Part shown: in pieces, positions 17,562-27,622 of the stretch | Position numbering within the stretch: position 1 is the stretch's first letter | Layout: every line of letters starts with the position of its first letter | From: Candidatus Omnitrophota bacterium | GTDB taxonomy: Bacteria; Omnitrophota; Gorgyraeia; Pluralincolimonadales; Pluralincolimonadaceae | Direction of reading: 5' to 3' | DNA length: 64,000 nucleotides | NCBI GenBank assembly: GCA_028716565.1 | Contig: JAQUPL010000001.1 | Span: 473,476 to 537,475, forward strand | Notes under the pieces: model-generated | What the model was told of the DNA's origin: nothing | What the model saw: only the letters and a program-made list of their open reading frames with translations | Databases searched by the model: none | Position numbers and translations under genes: made by a program

Positions 17562-18467
17562 TTATGCCTTGGATGCAACTATGTATGATACCAATTTTGC
17601 CAATTCCTGGCTTGGAATATCCTTGTACCTTTTGCAGATCTCGATGCCTTTTAACTCATTTAAAGCTGTCTTATCGGCCTCGGATTCCTCGTGGTCGAGC
17701 TTAAATCCCGCCTTTTTGAAGATCTCAACATACTCAAAATGCCTTAAACGGTTTTGGTAATCCAGGCGGTCCAGCGATAAGATGATCTTATGGATATTCT
17801 CGCTGAACTTAAGGTAGTTAAGCTTCGGGATGCCACTGTCGTTATGCGCCCAGTGGTCGGAATTGTCGATAATATGGCACATCTTGCCGCTATCCTTCAG
17901 TATCCGGTTAAAAACCCTGGCTATGCCCGGGATCGCCTCCTCCGGTATATGCTCCAGGGTCGCCCGCGATATTATAATATCGACGGACTTGTCCGGCAGG
18001 CCGGCGTCCTCGATATCGCACGGCGCAATATATTGCATATTAAAACTTTCCAGCATCTTCTCCAAGGTAAGGCCTTTATCTATCGCCAGTTTTCTTTCAA
18101 TTTCAGGGATAGGGATCTTCAGCCCGGCGGAGATCGTCTCCCTGTAGCCCCGGAGGCCTTCTACGGTCTTTATCATCATCCTTTTGGTGATCAGCCTTTG
18201 TATGTCTATTAATATTATCTTCCTGCACCCTGAGAGGTAAAAAATGACGGGGATCGCCGGCATCCAGCCCGGTCCGGTTTCCAGCAAAGTCTTACCCTCT
18301 GTATTACAGCCGACGGAACGCAATAATTCGACTTGCCGCATCCCCTGCTCTACCGCTTCCGGGGCAACACGGCCGGGAAATAGATCTCCCTTTAACTTCC
18401 GGATTTGCCTTGAAAACGGCAGGAAGCCCGATAAAGTATTCTTCAAAAACCTTAATTGCCATTTCAT
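17562..18467 (-). CDS. Class I SAM-dependent methyltransferase
   Basis: 301 aa. LLETGPGWMPAIP...IILIDI motif region. Methyltransf_23-like. Confidence 0.6.
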   Translation of the reverse strand: MKWQLRFLKNTLSGFLPFSRQIRKLKGDLFPGRVAPEAVEQGMRQVELLRSVGCNTEGKTLLETGPGWMPAIPVIFYLSGCRKIILIDIQRLITKRMMIKTVEGLRGYRETISAGLKIPIPEIERKLAIDKGLTLEKMLESFNMQYIAPCDIEDAGLPDKSVDIIISRATLEHIPEEAIPGIARVFNRILKDSGKMCHIIDNSDHWAHNDSGIPKLNYLKFSENIHKIILSLDRLDYQNRLRHFEYVEIFKKAGFKLDHEESEADKTALNELKGIEICKRYKDIPSQELAKLVSYIVASKA

Positions 18468-19960
18468 CTTTTTTTACGGGAGGCGAGCATTTCAAACTGA
18501 TGGCGGATATAGAAAAACGCGTTCTTGGCAACGAGCGAGATTAGCGCTTGCCCGCCGCGCATGAGGCGCCGGAAATCTTCCGTTGTATCCATGGACCTCA
18601 GGTTCGCCAGCCATATGCGGGGGGAACCGTAATATTCCAAAAAAGCGCGCTTGTACCAATATTTCATTCCCTCGATCCCGAAATTCGGGTTTATGTATAC
18701 GGGGTTATCGAAATCGATGGATAAGAAATCGCTCCATTTGGCATCCTGGCGCAAACCGCCGTCCGCCTTGCAACGTTCATACAGGGCTGTCCCCGGATAC
18801 GGCACCGGCAGGTAAAACATCGCCATCTCCGCGTTTAACGTCTTGGCATAACGGATAGTGTTGCGGACCATCTCTTCCGTCTCGCCGGGCAGGCAGATAA
18901 TAAAGCTGGTAACATACTTGAAGCCGGCCTTACGTATCCATTCCACGCCGCGGGTCTGTTTCTCGACGGTAGTGTTCTTTTGGACGATATCGAGCGACGC
19001 CTGGTTCCCTGATTCTATGCCCAGGACGATCTTCCTCCCTCCCGCCTTGTACATGGCGTCCAAAAGCTCCGGGTCGACGGTGTCGGCGCGCGTGTTGCAT
19101 ATCCATTTCAGGCCCAGTTTTGCCTTTATCATGAGATCCATTAATTTCATTATATAAGCCCTGTTCATCGTAAATGTGGAATCCTGGAAATATATTCCGC
19201 GCGCGCCTTTCTCGTCTTTAAGGACCCTCAATTCCTCAATAACGCGTTCCGGCGTATAGCGCCGCGCTTTCTTACCCGAGATTATAGACGCGCCGCAATA
19301 AGTGCAGCAATAAGGACAGCCGCGCTGCGTTATGAACGGGTAACTGGGTAATGTCACATATTGGGACGGATGCGGGACATATCGTTTTAGATCAATGTCG
19401 CTGTAAAGCCCCGGGGGCAGGCTATCGAGGTCGTCTATGAAGCCGCGAGGCGGATTAACAGCTATCCTCTTCCCGTCCCTATAAACCAGGCCCTTGATGC
19501 CCGAACGGTTGTTATCCCCCCCGGCCAAGGATAGCACCAACTCCTCTAAAGTATTCTCTCCCTCCTGGAGGATTATGAAGTCTATCTCAGGACACTGCTG
19601 CATGCTTAATTCCGGCATCGTCGTCACATGGATATTGCCCATGACAAGCTTGCAATCCGGCAGGACCTTCTTTACGAATGCACCTGTCGCGAAAGCATAA
19701 TCGGCCGTGGGGGTGTATACCGGCAATGCGACTACATCGTACCGGGCGCTGCGGAGGCGGGCGGCAAGGGACGCCTCGTGAAGGTCCTCCAGGATGGTAT
19801 CGAGGAACTCGACATCGTAGCCGCGATATTTAAGCCGGGTATATATCGAGATCATTCCCATAGGCGGCAGGTAGCCTTTTTGGCTTTTAACGCTGCCCCA
19901 GGCGGCTTTTGACGGGTATAACGGCTCCATCAATAAGATCTTAAGTTTTTTTGGGTTCAT
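18464..19960 (-). CDS. B12-binding domain radical SAM protein
   Basis: Start MNPKKLKILLMEP at 19960 (ATGA overlap with the upstream stop), or M at 19970. N-terminal B12-binding-like domain. GCPYCCTYC radical SAM motif. Confidence 0.75.
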   Translation of the reverse strand: MNPKKLKILLMEPLYPSKAAWGSVKSQKGYLPPMGMISIYTRLKYRGYDVEFLDTILEDLHEASLAARLRSARYDVVALPVYTPTADYAFATGAFVKKVLPDCKLVMGNIHVTTMPELSMQQCPEIDFIILQEGENTLEELVLSLAGGDNNRSGIKGLVYRDGKRIAVNPPRGFIDDLDSLPPGLYSDIDLKRYVPHPSQYVTLPSYPFITQRGCPYCCTYCGASIISGKKARRYTPERVIEELRVLKDEKGARGIYFQDSTFTMNRAYIMKLMDLMIKAKLGLKWICNTRADTVDPELLDAMYKAGGRKIVLGIESGNQASLDIVQKNTTVEKQTRGVEWIRKAGFKYVTSFIICLPGETEEMVRNTIRYAKTLNAEMAMFYLPVPYPGTALYERCKADGGLRQDAKWSDFLSIDFDNPVYINPNFGIEGMKYWYKRAFLEYYGSPRIWLANLRSMDTTEDFRRLMRGGQALISLVAKNAFFYIRHQFEMLASRKKR

Positions 19961-20595
19961 TTTTTCCATGCTACATAGAGCGCGTTCAAATACCATTGCG
20001 TCCAAAAATATTTCTTTTTAATATTTACGAAACCGGCGGCTTTAAGCCTCCCGGTGATCTCTGCGGCGGTAAGGTAATACTCCTCATCGCCGGACATCCC
20101 CCTCTCCGAATCCACATCGTGGTGCGTGCCGAAAATTTTATCGTACAGCATTACGACCTTGTGCACCAGGATCTCGGCCAGCGGGTCACCCATCGTGACG
20201 ATAATATTGCCCCTATCCTTCAGGCAACGGTACGCCTCCCGCAACTCAACATCCCTTAAAGGCCTGGGTATGTGGTTCAGGTTCGCGATAAAAGTGGCCG
20301 AATCGAAGCTGCGGTCGTCAAAAGGGAAATGGGAAGTGTCTTTTATGACATTCTCTTCCGAAAGCCCCTCATACCGGTATACATCTATGCCCTTCCCGTT
20401 CCCCTTCAAGTATTCCGCGATGAACTTATTGTGCCTGCCGCATCCTACATCAAGGCAATATCCGAGAACCTCTTTCCTTGCGTAAGAGAACCTTTCCGAA
20501 GCGAGCGAGGATAACCCCCATTTGTCTTCCTCGAATAGAGTGACCGCGCGCAGCGGAAAAGTCATGAAGTCCACGATCTCCCTGAAAGACGGCAT
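19957..20595 (-). CDS. Class I SAM-dependent methyltransferase
   Basis: 212 aa. LDVGCGRHNKF SAM motif. Confidence 0.65.
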   Translation of the reverse strand: MPSFREIVDFMTFPLRAVTLFEEDKWGLSSLASERFSYARKEVLGYCLDVGCGRHNKFIAEYLKGNGKGIDVYRYEGLSEENVIKDTSHFPFDDRSFDSATFIANLNHIPRPLRDVELREAYRCLKDRGNIIVTMGDPLAEILVHKVVMLYDKIFGTHHDVDSERGMSGDEEYYLTAAEITGRLKAAGFVNIKKKYFWTQWYLNALYVAWKK

Positions 20596-20597
20596 CG

Positions 20598-21872
20598 TTA
20601 TACCTTTATTTTAGGCCTGACAATATACGCGTATGCACCGTTCATACCCAAAAGGAACCAAAGGTAGCGCATCGGCAAAATATCAATGCTGAACCCCACC
20701 AGCAAGAAAGCTATTATCCCCGCCGCTATTATCCTTGTGTCGCCGGACTTCATGGCCAGCCCCATGTGGGAACCCAATAAAACCAATATGGCCAGCAGGC
20801 CCGCTATCCCCGTTTCCGCGGCCCAGCCAAAATACGTGGAGTGAGGGTCTTTAGTCCTCCATAAAGGGTCGTCCGGGTCGAATATAGACTCTCTCGCCTT
20901 ATCCCAATCGAAGTAATCCGCCAGATTGCGGTTATACCTGCCCGGCCCCACCCCGAAAATCGGGTGGTCTTTCCACATCTTTAACCCGGCCTCCGACTGC
21001 AGGTAATATTCCGTGTTTTTCGTGGTCATCTTAAGCGGGTTAAGCTGCACCGGAAAGACCCAGATCACTACCGTCGCTAAAGCCAGCGCGGAATATAAAA
21101 GGGTGAAAAGGCTTGCGGAGATCTTTAATAGCGCGTATTTCCTGACAGGCGTTAACATGAACAAACCCGCCGTAGCCAGCAAAAATACTCCCGACGCGGT
21201 CCTGCTTTTCGTCAGGGCGGCCGCCAATATGTGCAGGCACAGCAACGCAAGGTATATCCCGGCCTTTTTGCCGTCCTTTATCCTCTTTTTCATAAGCAAA
21301 AGTATGACGGCTGTGCCTGTTATCAAATACGCGGCGAGCATGTTCGGGTTGCTGAATGTAGAGGTAATCCTCAAATCAAAATGGACCGCGCCTGGGAAAA
21401 ATATCAATTCAGACTGCGGATTAAGTGTAGGCACGAGCGAATTAGGCGCGCCTGTGGCGCAGGCAGCGGCATACCCCATCAATCCCAATACGCATACGGA
21501 CGCGCTTGTCCACGCCCACACACGTAAATAATAGTACCAGTCGATTTCGTCCCTGACCGAAATAACGATCGCGATATACATGACGCACAGGTATGCTATC
21601 CCCGAATATTCTATGAAATCTACCAGCCGCGGTTTAGCCAGGAAAAGCGAGACCGCAAATGTCGTTAATAAGAAAACCAGGGAATAGAGGTTTGGGATCC
21701 CGCGTTTCAGAGATATTCCCCGTTTGACGGCCTGGTAAACGACCCAGAGGAACAAAAAGATGAACACTATTTCCGTATACTGTATCTTGCGCTGGAAATA
21801 CGGGAGCGAGGGCATCTTTACGAAAGGCATCAGCGCGATAAAAAGGCTTAACAGGATCTTAGTTATTACCAC
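20598..21872 (-). CDS. O-antigen ligase/polymerase family membrane protein (Wzy_C domain)
   Basis: 424 aa and polytopic (about 10 TM). A periplasmic loop with conserved R/H follows the TM block LTKSRTASGVFLL. Confidence 0.65.
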   Translation of the reverse strand: MVITKILLSLFIALMPFVKMPSLPYFQRKIQYTEIVFIFLFLWVVYQAVKRGISLKRGIPNLYSLVFLLTTFAVSLFLAKPRLVDFIEYSGIAYLCVMYIAIVISVRDEIDWYYYLRVWAWTSASVCVLGLMGYAAACATGAPNSLVPTLNPQSELIFFPGAVHFDLRITSTFSNPNMLAAYLITGTAVILLLMKKRIKDGKKAGIYLALLCLHILAAALTKSRTASGVFLLATAGLFMLTPVRKYALLKISASLFTLLYSALALATVVIWVFPVQLNPLKMTTKNTEYYLQSEAGLKMWKDHPIFGVGPGRYNRNLADYFDWDKARESIFDPDDPLWRTKDPHSTYFGWAAETGIAGLLAILVLLGSHMGLAMKSGDTRIIAAGIIAFLLVGFSIDILPMRYLWFLLGMNGAYAYIVRPKIKV

Positions 21873-23721
21873 GGGAGTTCCTCCACATGGAGAAAACTAA
21901 TAAATTATACAGCTTGTAAGCGTTGTCTTCCTTCCCTGACGCATGACTTGCATATAATGACCTTACGTAATCCGCGTCGAATTTTACCTCCGAGAGGCGG
22001 CATAATTTATCCGTTTCGTCGAATAACAGGTCCCTGAAACCGCGCTCCTCTTTTAACCATTTTCTTAGCGGCATATTAAACCCTTCCTTCTTACGGGAAG
22101 TGACGCAGGCGGGCAGGTCTTCGGCCAGTATCTTCCGCAACAATTTTTTGCTCTGGTGCCCGAAAACTTTTTCTATGAAAATATGGTCCAGGAGGGGGAC
22201 CCTTGCCTCTACGGAATTGGCCATGCACATCCTGTCTACCTTCGTCAGCATGTCGCTCGGCAGGTATGTATTCAGGTCGAGATATTTGTATTTACTGACG
22301 CCTTTTAGCCTGTCCGACCTTTCGAAATACGGCCGGTAAAAATCATCGAGTTCGGACAGGGTTTTTTCGCTCGCGACTTCCGGCGATGCCAATTGCCGGA
22401 TATCCCGGTCATCGAATATCCGCCTCCAATAAAGGTGCGAGTAGGACGGTTCCCGGTCCGCGAACTTCACGAACCGCCTCAACTTTTCGTCGATTCCTAC
22501 TTTCTTGCCCGATACGGGTAACAGGCCGGCTACCCCTGAAGCGGCATTCTTGATAAAACCGGGGAGCATCCTGTAATACGGGGCTATGGCATCCGCGATA
22601 TAAGTGTCGTAACCGCCGAAGACCTCATCGCCTCCCTCACCTGTCAGGACGACTTTAACGCGCTTATTGGCCATTTTGGCGAGGAAATGGACCCCCACCA
22701 TCGAAGAATCGGCAAACGGCTCATCGAGCCCGGAGACGATCTCGGGAAATTCTCTGAGGAATCTCCCGCCGTCTATAATATCTACAAAATGCTCGGCGCC
22801 GTAGCGCTCGCTTACTATGCGGGAAAACCTGGTCTCATCATGCGAAGGTTCGGAAAACCCTACGGAGAAGGCGGGGATGTTATCCTGGTAACGCGAAAAA
22901 TGGCGCAATACAATACTGGAATCTATGCCTCCGCTGAGGAAGATGCCAATCGGGACATCGCCTATCAGGTGCGCCTTTACCGATTCATCTATTGCGGAAT
23001 CAACCTCATCCTCTTTCTGCTGTTTTCCGCCTGGACGCGCCAACGCCGATGACCCGGCATCCCAGTAGCGGCGCTCCTCTATTTTTCCTTCTTTATATAC
23101 CAGATAATGGGCGGGCTGGAGGCATTTTACGCCTTCATAGATGGTGCGGGGTTGCACTACGTAGTTAAAGCTAAGATACATATAGAGGCTCTGCGGGTCT
23201 ACCTTCAGGCCCAATCCCCGGCAGGCCTCCAAAGAACGTATTTCTGAGGAAAAATATATCCCGTCATCTACCGGCATATAGACGAGAGGTTTTATGCCGA
23301 ACCTGTCCCTGGCCAGTACCAGGCATTTTAAGCGGTCGTCCCATATACTTATGGCGAACATGCCCCTGATCTGGCCTAAGAAATCTACTCCCCATTCCTC
23401 GTAAGCATGCGCGATTACTTCAACGTCGCTTTTTGTGTAAAATTTATGCCCTTTGCTTCTCAATCTTTCCGCGAGATCGTAAAAATTATATATCTCGGCA
23501 TTTGCCGTCACCCAAATATCTTTATTTTCGTTATGGATCGGCTGGCTTCCGCCGCTCAGGTCCACTATGCTTAACCTCCTGACGGCCAGCCCCGCCCCGT
23601 CCTTCAGGAAATAACCTTCTTCGTCCGGACCCCGGCGGATCATCGGCCCGTTCATGGACATGAGCCTATCCCGGGCGTCAAAATCCAGCTTCTTAACGGC
23701 GAACCCGCATATACCGCACAT
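21859..23721 (-). CDS. Asparagine synthase (glutamine-hydrolysing) family amidotransferase (AsnB/WbpS-like)
   Basis: 620 aa. N-terminal MCGICGF (Ntn Cys2). SGGIDSS PP-loop ATP pyrophosphatase motif. Confidence 0.85.
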   Translation of the reverse strand: MCGICGFAVKKLDFDARDRLMSMNGPMIRRGPDEEGYFLKDGAGLAVRRLSIVDLSGGSQPIHNENKDIWVTANAEIYNFYDLAERLRSKGHKFYTKSDVEVIAHAYEEWGVDFLGQIRGMFAISIWDDRLKCLVLARDRFGIKPLVYMPVDDGIYFSSEIRSLEACRGLGLKVDPQSLYMYLSFNYVVQPRTIYEGVKCLQPAHYLVYKEGKIEERRYWDAGSSALARPGGKQQKEDEVDSAIDESVKAHLIGDVPIGIFLSGGIDSSIVLRHFSRYQDNIPAFSVGFSEPSHDETRFSRIVSERYGAEHFVDIIDGGRFLREFPEIVSGLDEPFADSSMVGVHFLAKMANKRVKVVLTGEGGDEVFGGYDTYIADAIAPYYRMLPGFIKNAASGVAGLLPVSGKKVGIDEKLRRFVKFADREPSYSHLYWRRIFDDRDIRQLASPEVASEKTLSELDDFYRPYFERSDRLKGVSKYKYLDLNTYLPSDMLTKVDRMCMANSVEARVPLLDHIFIEKVFGHQSKKLLRKILAEDLPACVTSRKKEGFNMPLRKWLKEERGFRDLLFDETDKLCRLSEVKFDADYVRSLYASHASGKEDNAYKLYNLLVFSMWRNSRGNN

Positions 23722-23728
23722 AAAATCC

Positions 23729-24607
23729 CTATTTATATTTCTCTAAGCGGAGGGAGGCGATCTGGTCGCAAATAATGCCCAAAAGCACGCTTAGGATGCC
23801 GGATATGACTATTATTAACGCGCCTATGGATAAGCCCTGTTTTACCGTCACGAATTTGTAAGCGCCGTAACCGGCGCCTATAGTGAACAGGAATATGCCG
23901 ATGGAAAAAAATATCCTTATCGGGTCGAAAAGCGCTATCAGCCTCAATATTAATACGATAATACGGCTGCCGTCCCTAAACTGCTTTACGTGGCTTACGC
24001 CCTGCCGCTTCCTTGCCATGATCCTGCAGAATTCGATAGAGAGCCCGCTCTTTATGAAAACGATCGTCGACGTGACCGAGAACGAAAATTGGTCGGACAA
24101 CAAACCCAGGTATTTTTCGATGACGCTTTTCCTCGTGACCCTGAAACCGCAGTTGACGTCCTTGATCTCCGTATCGGCGATAAAATTCGTGACCCATTTC
24201 AAAACGAATTTCCCGAGGCTCCGGCTTTCCGCCAGTTCGCGCGCGTTCATCCTTTCGCCGATGACCATGTCGTTACCTTCGTTCAATTTTTCGACCATTT
24301 TCTTTATATCGCCGGGGTTATGCTGGCCGTCGCCGTCTAAAAAGACCAGGACCTCGTTGCGGGCATTCCTTATGCCGGTCTTCAGCGAAGCCCCGTAACC
24401 GAGGTTCTTTTTGTGCCTGATGACCCGCGCGCCCGAATCTCCCGCTATGAGCCCGCTGTTGTCGGTAGAGGCGTCGTCCACGACGATGACCTCGTCGATA
24501 TCAACCTCTCCTTTTGACGCTGTGATCTCGCTTAAGACCCCTTTCAGGGCCTTCTCTTCGTTGTAGACGGGGATGATCACAGATATTTTGCCCGGATTTT
24601 TGTTCAT
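23729..24607 (-). CDS. GT2 family polyprenyl-phosphate glycosyltransferase (ArnC/GtrB/DPM1-like) with C-terminal TM helices
   Basis: 292 aa. VIIPVYNEE, VVDDASTDNS and DGDGQH (DxD) motifs. Two C-terminal hydrophobic helices. Confidence 0.8.
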   Translation of the reverse strand: MNKNPGKISVIIPVYNEEKALKGVLSEITASKGEVDIDEVIVVDDASTDNSGLIAGDSGARVIRHKKNLGYGASLKTGIRNARNEVLVFLDGDGQHNPGDIKKMVEKLNEGNDMVIGERMNARELAESRSLGKFVLKWVTNFIADTEIKDVNCGFRVTRKSVIEKYLGLLSDQFSFSVTSTIVFIKSGLSIEFCRIMARKRQGVSHVKQFRDGSRIIVLILRLIALFDPIRIFFSIGIFLFTIGAGYGAYKFVTVKQGLSIGALIIVISGILSVLLGIICDQIASLRLEKYK

Positions 24608-24627
24608 TATGGCAGATCCTTTCGCCG

Positions 24628-25554
24628 TCAGGAAAACCTGAAGAAATTAACCGTCTCTTTGAGGCCTTTTTCCAGGGAAATCCTGGGAGTCCATTTAAGT
24701 TCTTTTCTCGCCTTCCTTATATTGGGCCGGCGCACCTTCGGGTCGTCTACAGGGAGGGGCTTATACGTTATCCTGCTCCTGCTCCCGGTAAGGGATATGA
24801 TCCTTTTGGCCAGGTCGAGAAGGGTCTCCTCGTTGGGGTTTCCGATGTTTACCGGATCGTTCAGGCCGGAGAGCATCAGCGCGTATAACCCCCTTACGAG
24901 GTCGTCTACGTAACAAAAACTCCTTGTCTGTCTGCCTTTTCCGTATACGGTGATCGGCTTATTTTCAAGGGCCTGCGTTATGAAATTCGGTATCGCGCGG
25001 CCGTCGTTCCTGCGCATCCGCGGGCCATAGGTATTGAATATGCGGACTATCTTCGTATCGACTTTATGCACCCTGTGGTAGGCCATCGTTATGGCCTCGG
25101 CGAAGCGTTTCGCCTCGTCGTAGACGCCCCTCGGACCTATCGGGTTTACGTTGCCCCAATATGATTCCGGCTGCGGATTTACCAGCGGGTCACCGTATAC
25201 TTCGCTCGTCGAGGCGAGCAGGAATTTCGCCTTTTTGGCTTTCGCGAGGCCCAATGCGTTATGGGTACCGAGGCTTCCGACTTTCAGGGTCTGGATAGGA
25301 TACATAAGGTAGTCGACAGGGCTCGCGGGAGAGGCGAAATGGAGCACGTAGTCGACCGGTCCGCTGACATTTATTTTTACGGAGACGTTATGGTTTACGA
25401 ATTTGAAATTTTTGTTGCCGAGGAGATGGGAGATATTCTCCTTTTTGCCGGTTATGAGGTTATCCATGCAGATGACATTATGCCCTTTACCTGTAAGAAA
25501 ATCACAAAGGTGCGAACCTATGAAACCGGCGCCGCCTGTTATGAGTATCCTCAA
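24628..25554 (-). CDS. UDP-glucuronate decarboxylase family (UXS/ArnA-decarboxylase-like extended SDR)
   Basis: 308 aa. [31 protein letters not shown] (YxxxK). Confidence 0.75.
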   Translation of the reverse strand: MRILITGGAGFIGSHLCDFLTGKGHNVICMDNLITGKKENISHLLGNKNFKFVNHNVSVKINVSGPVDYVLHFASPASPVDYLMYPIQTLKVGSLGTHNALGLAKAKKAKFLLASTSEVYGDPLVNPQPESYWGNVNPIGPRGVYDEAKRFAEAITMAYHRVHKVDTKIVRIFNTYGPRMRRNDGRAIPNFITQALENKPITVYGKGRQTRSFCYVDDLVRGLYALMLSGLNDPVNIGNPNEETLLDLAKRIISLTGSRSRITYKPLPVDDPKVRRPNIRKARKELKWTPRISLEKGLKETVNFFRFS

Positions 25555-26672
25555 CTCTTTCCCTCCAGAAAATCTATCACACCCCGCGCGACGAAACGGG
25601 CTTCTTCATCTTCCAGTTCCGGGAAGACGGGAAGGGCCAATACCTCTTGACACGCCTCTTCGCTCACCGGGAATTCGCCTTCCTTCCACCCGAGCCGGCC
25701 GTAGACAGGCTGCATATGGAGCGGTACCGGGTAATATACCGCTGTAGCGATACCTTTCGCGTTAAGCGACTCCCTCAATCCGTCCCTTCCTTTTACCCTT
25801 ATGTTATATATATTATATACGTGCTTCCGGCCTTTTTTCTCTGCGGGGACCGTTAATTTTCCTGCCTTGCTTAAATTTTCGAACATTTTATTATAAAGCC
25901 GCGCGTTTTTGCGGCGGGATTCGTTCCATTCGTCGAGATGTCGCAATTTTATCCTCAATATCGCCGCCTGGAGCTCATCCAACCTGCTGTTGCGGCCTTC
26001 TGTCTCGTGGCGATACCTGTCGGATTGCCCGTGGGCACGCAGCATTTTTACCTTGTCGGCGAGCGTCTTATCATTAGTCGTGACCATCCCTCCGTCGCCG
26101 AAACATCCGAGGTTCTTGCTCGGGAAAAAACTGAAACACCCGATATCACCGAAAGTTCCGGCCCTTTTCGATCCGAACCCGGCGCCTATCGCCTGCGCGC
26201 AGTCCTCGATGACCCTAATGCCGCGTTTTTTGGCGATGCTCATCACCGCGTCCATATCGCAGGTCTGTCCGAAGAGATGCACCGGGATTATCGCTTTGGT
26301 CTCAGCGGTAATGGCCTTTTCTATGAGGCCCGCATCGATGTTGAAAGTGTCCGGTTCTATATCGACGAGGACGGGTTTCGCGCCGTTAAGGCAAATAGCC
26401 TCTGTGGTGGCGATAAAGGTAAAGGGGGTCGTGATAACCTCGTCGCCGTCCCCGATACCCAGAGCTTTGATGGCAAGCTCCAGCGCATCGGTGCCGTTTG
26501 CGACGCCGACGGCGTATTTTGTCCCGCAATATTCCGCGGCTTCTCCTTCGAATCCGGCCACATTTTCCCCGAGGATATAAATACCTTTCTCGAGGACGGA
26601 CTTCACGGCCGGGTCTACCTCGCCCTGTAATTTCCTGTACTGCCTGGTTAGATCCACCAATGGGACTTTCAT
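25551..26672 (-). CDS. DegT/DnrJ/EryC1/StrS family aminotransferase (ArnB/WecE-like)
   Basis: 373 aa. [10 protein letters not shown] start, [23 protein letters not shown]-lysine region. Confidence 0.8.
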   Translation of the reverse strand: MKVPLVDLTRQYRKLQGEVDPAVKSVLEKGIYILGENVAGFEGEAAEYCGTKYAVGVANGTDALELAIKALGIGDGDEVITTPFTFIATTEAICLNGAKPVLVDIEPDTFNIDAGLIEKAITAETKAIIPVHLFGQTCDMDAVMSIAKKRGIRVIEDCAQAIGAGFGSKRAGTFGDIGCFSFFPSKNLGCFGDGGMVTTNDKTLADKVKMLRAHGQSDRYRHETEGRNSRLDELQAAILRIKLRHLDEWNESRRKNARLYNKMFENLSKAGKLTVPAEKKGRKHVYNIYNIRVKGRDGLRESLNAKGIATAVYYPVPLHMQPVYGRLGWKEGEFPVSEEACQEVLALPVFPELEDEEARFVARGVIDFLEGKS

Positions 26673-26673
26673 T

Positions 26674-27618
26674 TCAGATTTTTCCGTTCACCGACCTGAA
26701 ATACTCCACGGTCTTCCTTAACCCAAGGACAAAATCCACTTTGGGATCGAATTTTAAAAGTTTCTTCATCTTCGCCACGTCCGCCAGGGTGTGTTTGACG
26801 TCGCCGGGGCGCGGAGGCATGAACTTGGGCTTTATATCCTTACCGATGATCTCGTTCAGGAACTTGACCAATTCGAGGAGGTTATATGCCTTTCCGCACG
26901 CGACATTGAATACTTCGCCGGACGCTCCTTCGCGAATCGCCGCGGTAAGGTTTGCCTCTACGACATTGTCTACATAAGTGAAATCCCGGCTCTGTTTCCC
27001 GTCCCCGTCAACCGGAGGCTGCTCGCCTTTAAGTATGCAGACAATGAACTTGGGTATGACAACGGCATATTCGGATTCAAGCGATTGCCGCGGGCCGAAG
27101 ACGTTGAAATACCGCAAGGCTACGGTCTCGAGGCCGTATGACTTCGCGAATACCCTGCAGTAATGTTCGCCGGCGAGCTTGGTGGCCGCGTAAGGGGATA
27201 TAGGCTGGGGTATCTGGTCTTCGCTCTGCGGGAGTTTAAGCGCATCACCGTAGACCGAGCTGGAAGACGCAAAGACGACCCTTTTTACCTTGTTCTCCCG
27301 GGAAGCGAACAGGACGTTAAGGGTGCCCTTGACGTTAACGTCGTCATATAATTGCGGGTTCTGCAGGGACTTTGGCACGGAACGCAGCGCGGCCTGATGT
27401 ATGACATAATCGCATCCCTTGAGTGCTTTTTTCAACAGGGCGGTATCGCGTATGTCCCCTTCGACCAATTCTATCTTGCCGGATACCTTCCCGAGGTTCT
27501 CCTTTTTTCCCGATGAGAAATCGTCGAGGACTTTGACATCTTCGCGGCGGCGCACCAGCTCATCGACGATATTGGAACCGATGAATCCCGCGCCACCGGT
27601 GACTAGATACCTGGCCAT
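26674..27618 (-). CDS. NAD-dependent nucleotide-sugar epimerase (WbpP / UDP-GlcA 4-epimerase-like SDR)
   Basis: 314 aa. [29 protein letters not shown]. Confidence 0.75.
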   Translation of the reverse strand: MARYLVTGGAGFIGSNIVDELVRRREDVKVLDDFSSGKKENLGKVSGKIELVEGDIRDTALLKKALKGCDYVIHQAALRSVPKSLQNPQLYDDVNVKGTLNVLFASRENKVKRVVFASSSSVYGDALKLPQSEDQIPQPISPYAATKLAGEHYCRVFAKSYGLETVALRYFNVFGPRQSLESEYAVVIPKFIVCILKGEQPPVDGDGKQSRDFTYVDNVVEANLTAAIREGASGEVFNVACGKAYNLLELVKFLNEIIGKDIKPKFMPPRPGDVKHTLADVAKMKKLLKFDPKVDFVLGLRKTVEYFRSVNGKI

Positions 27619-27622
27619 GAGG

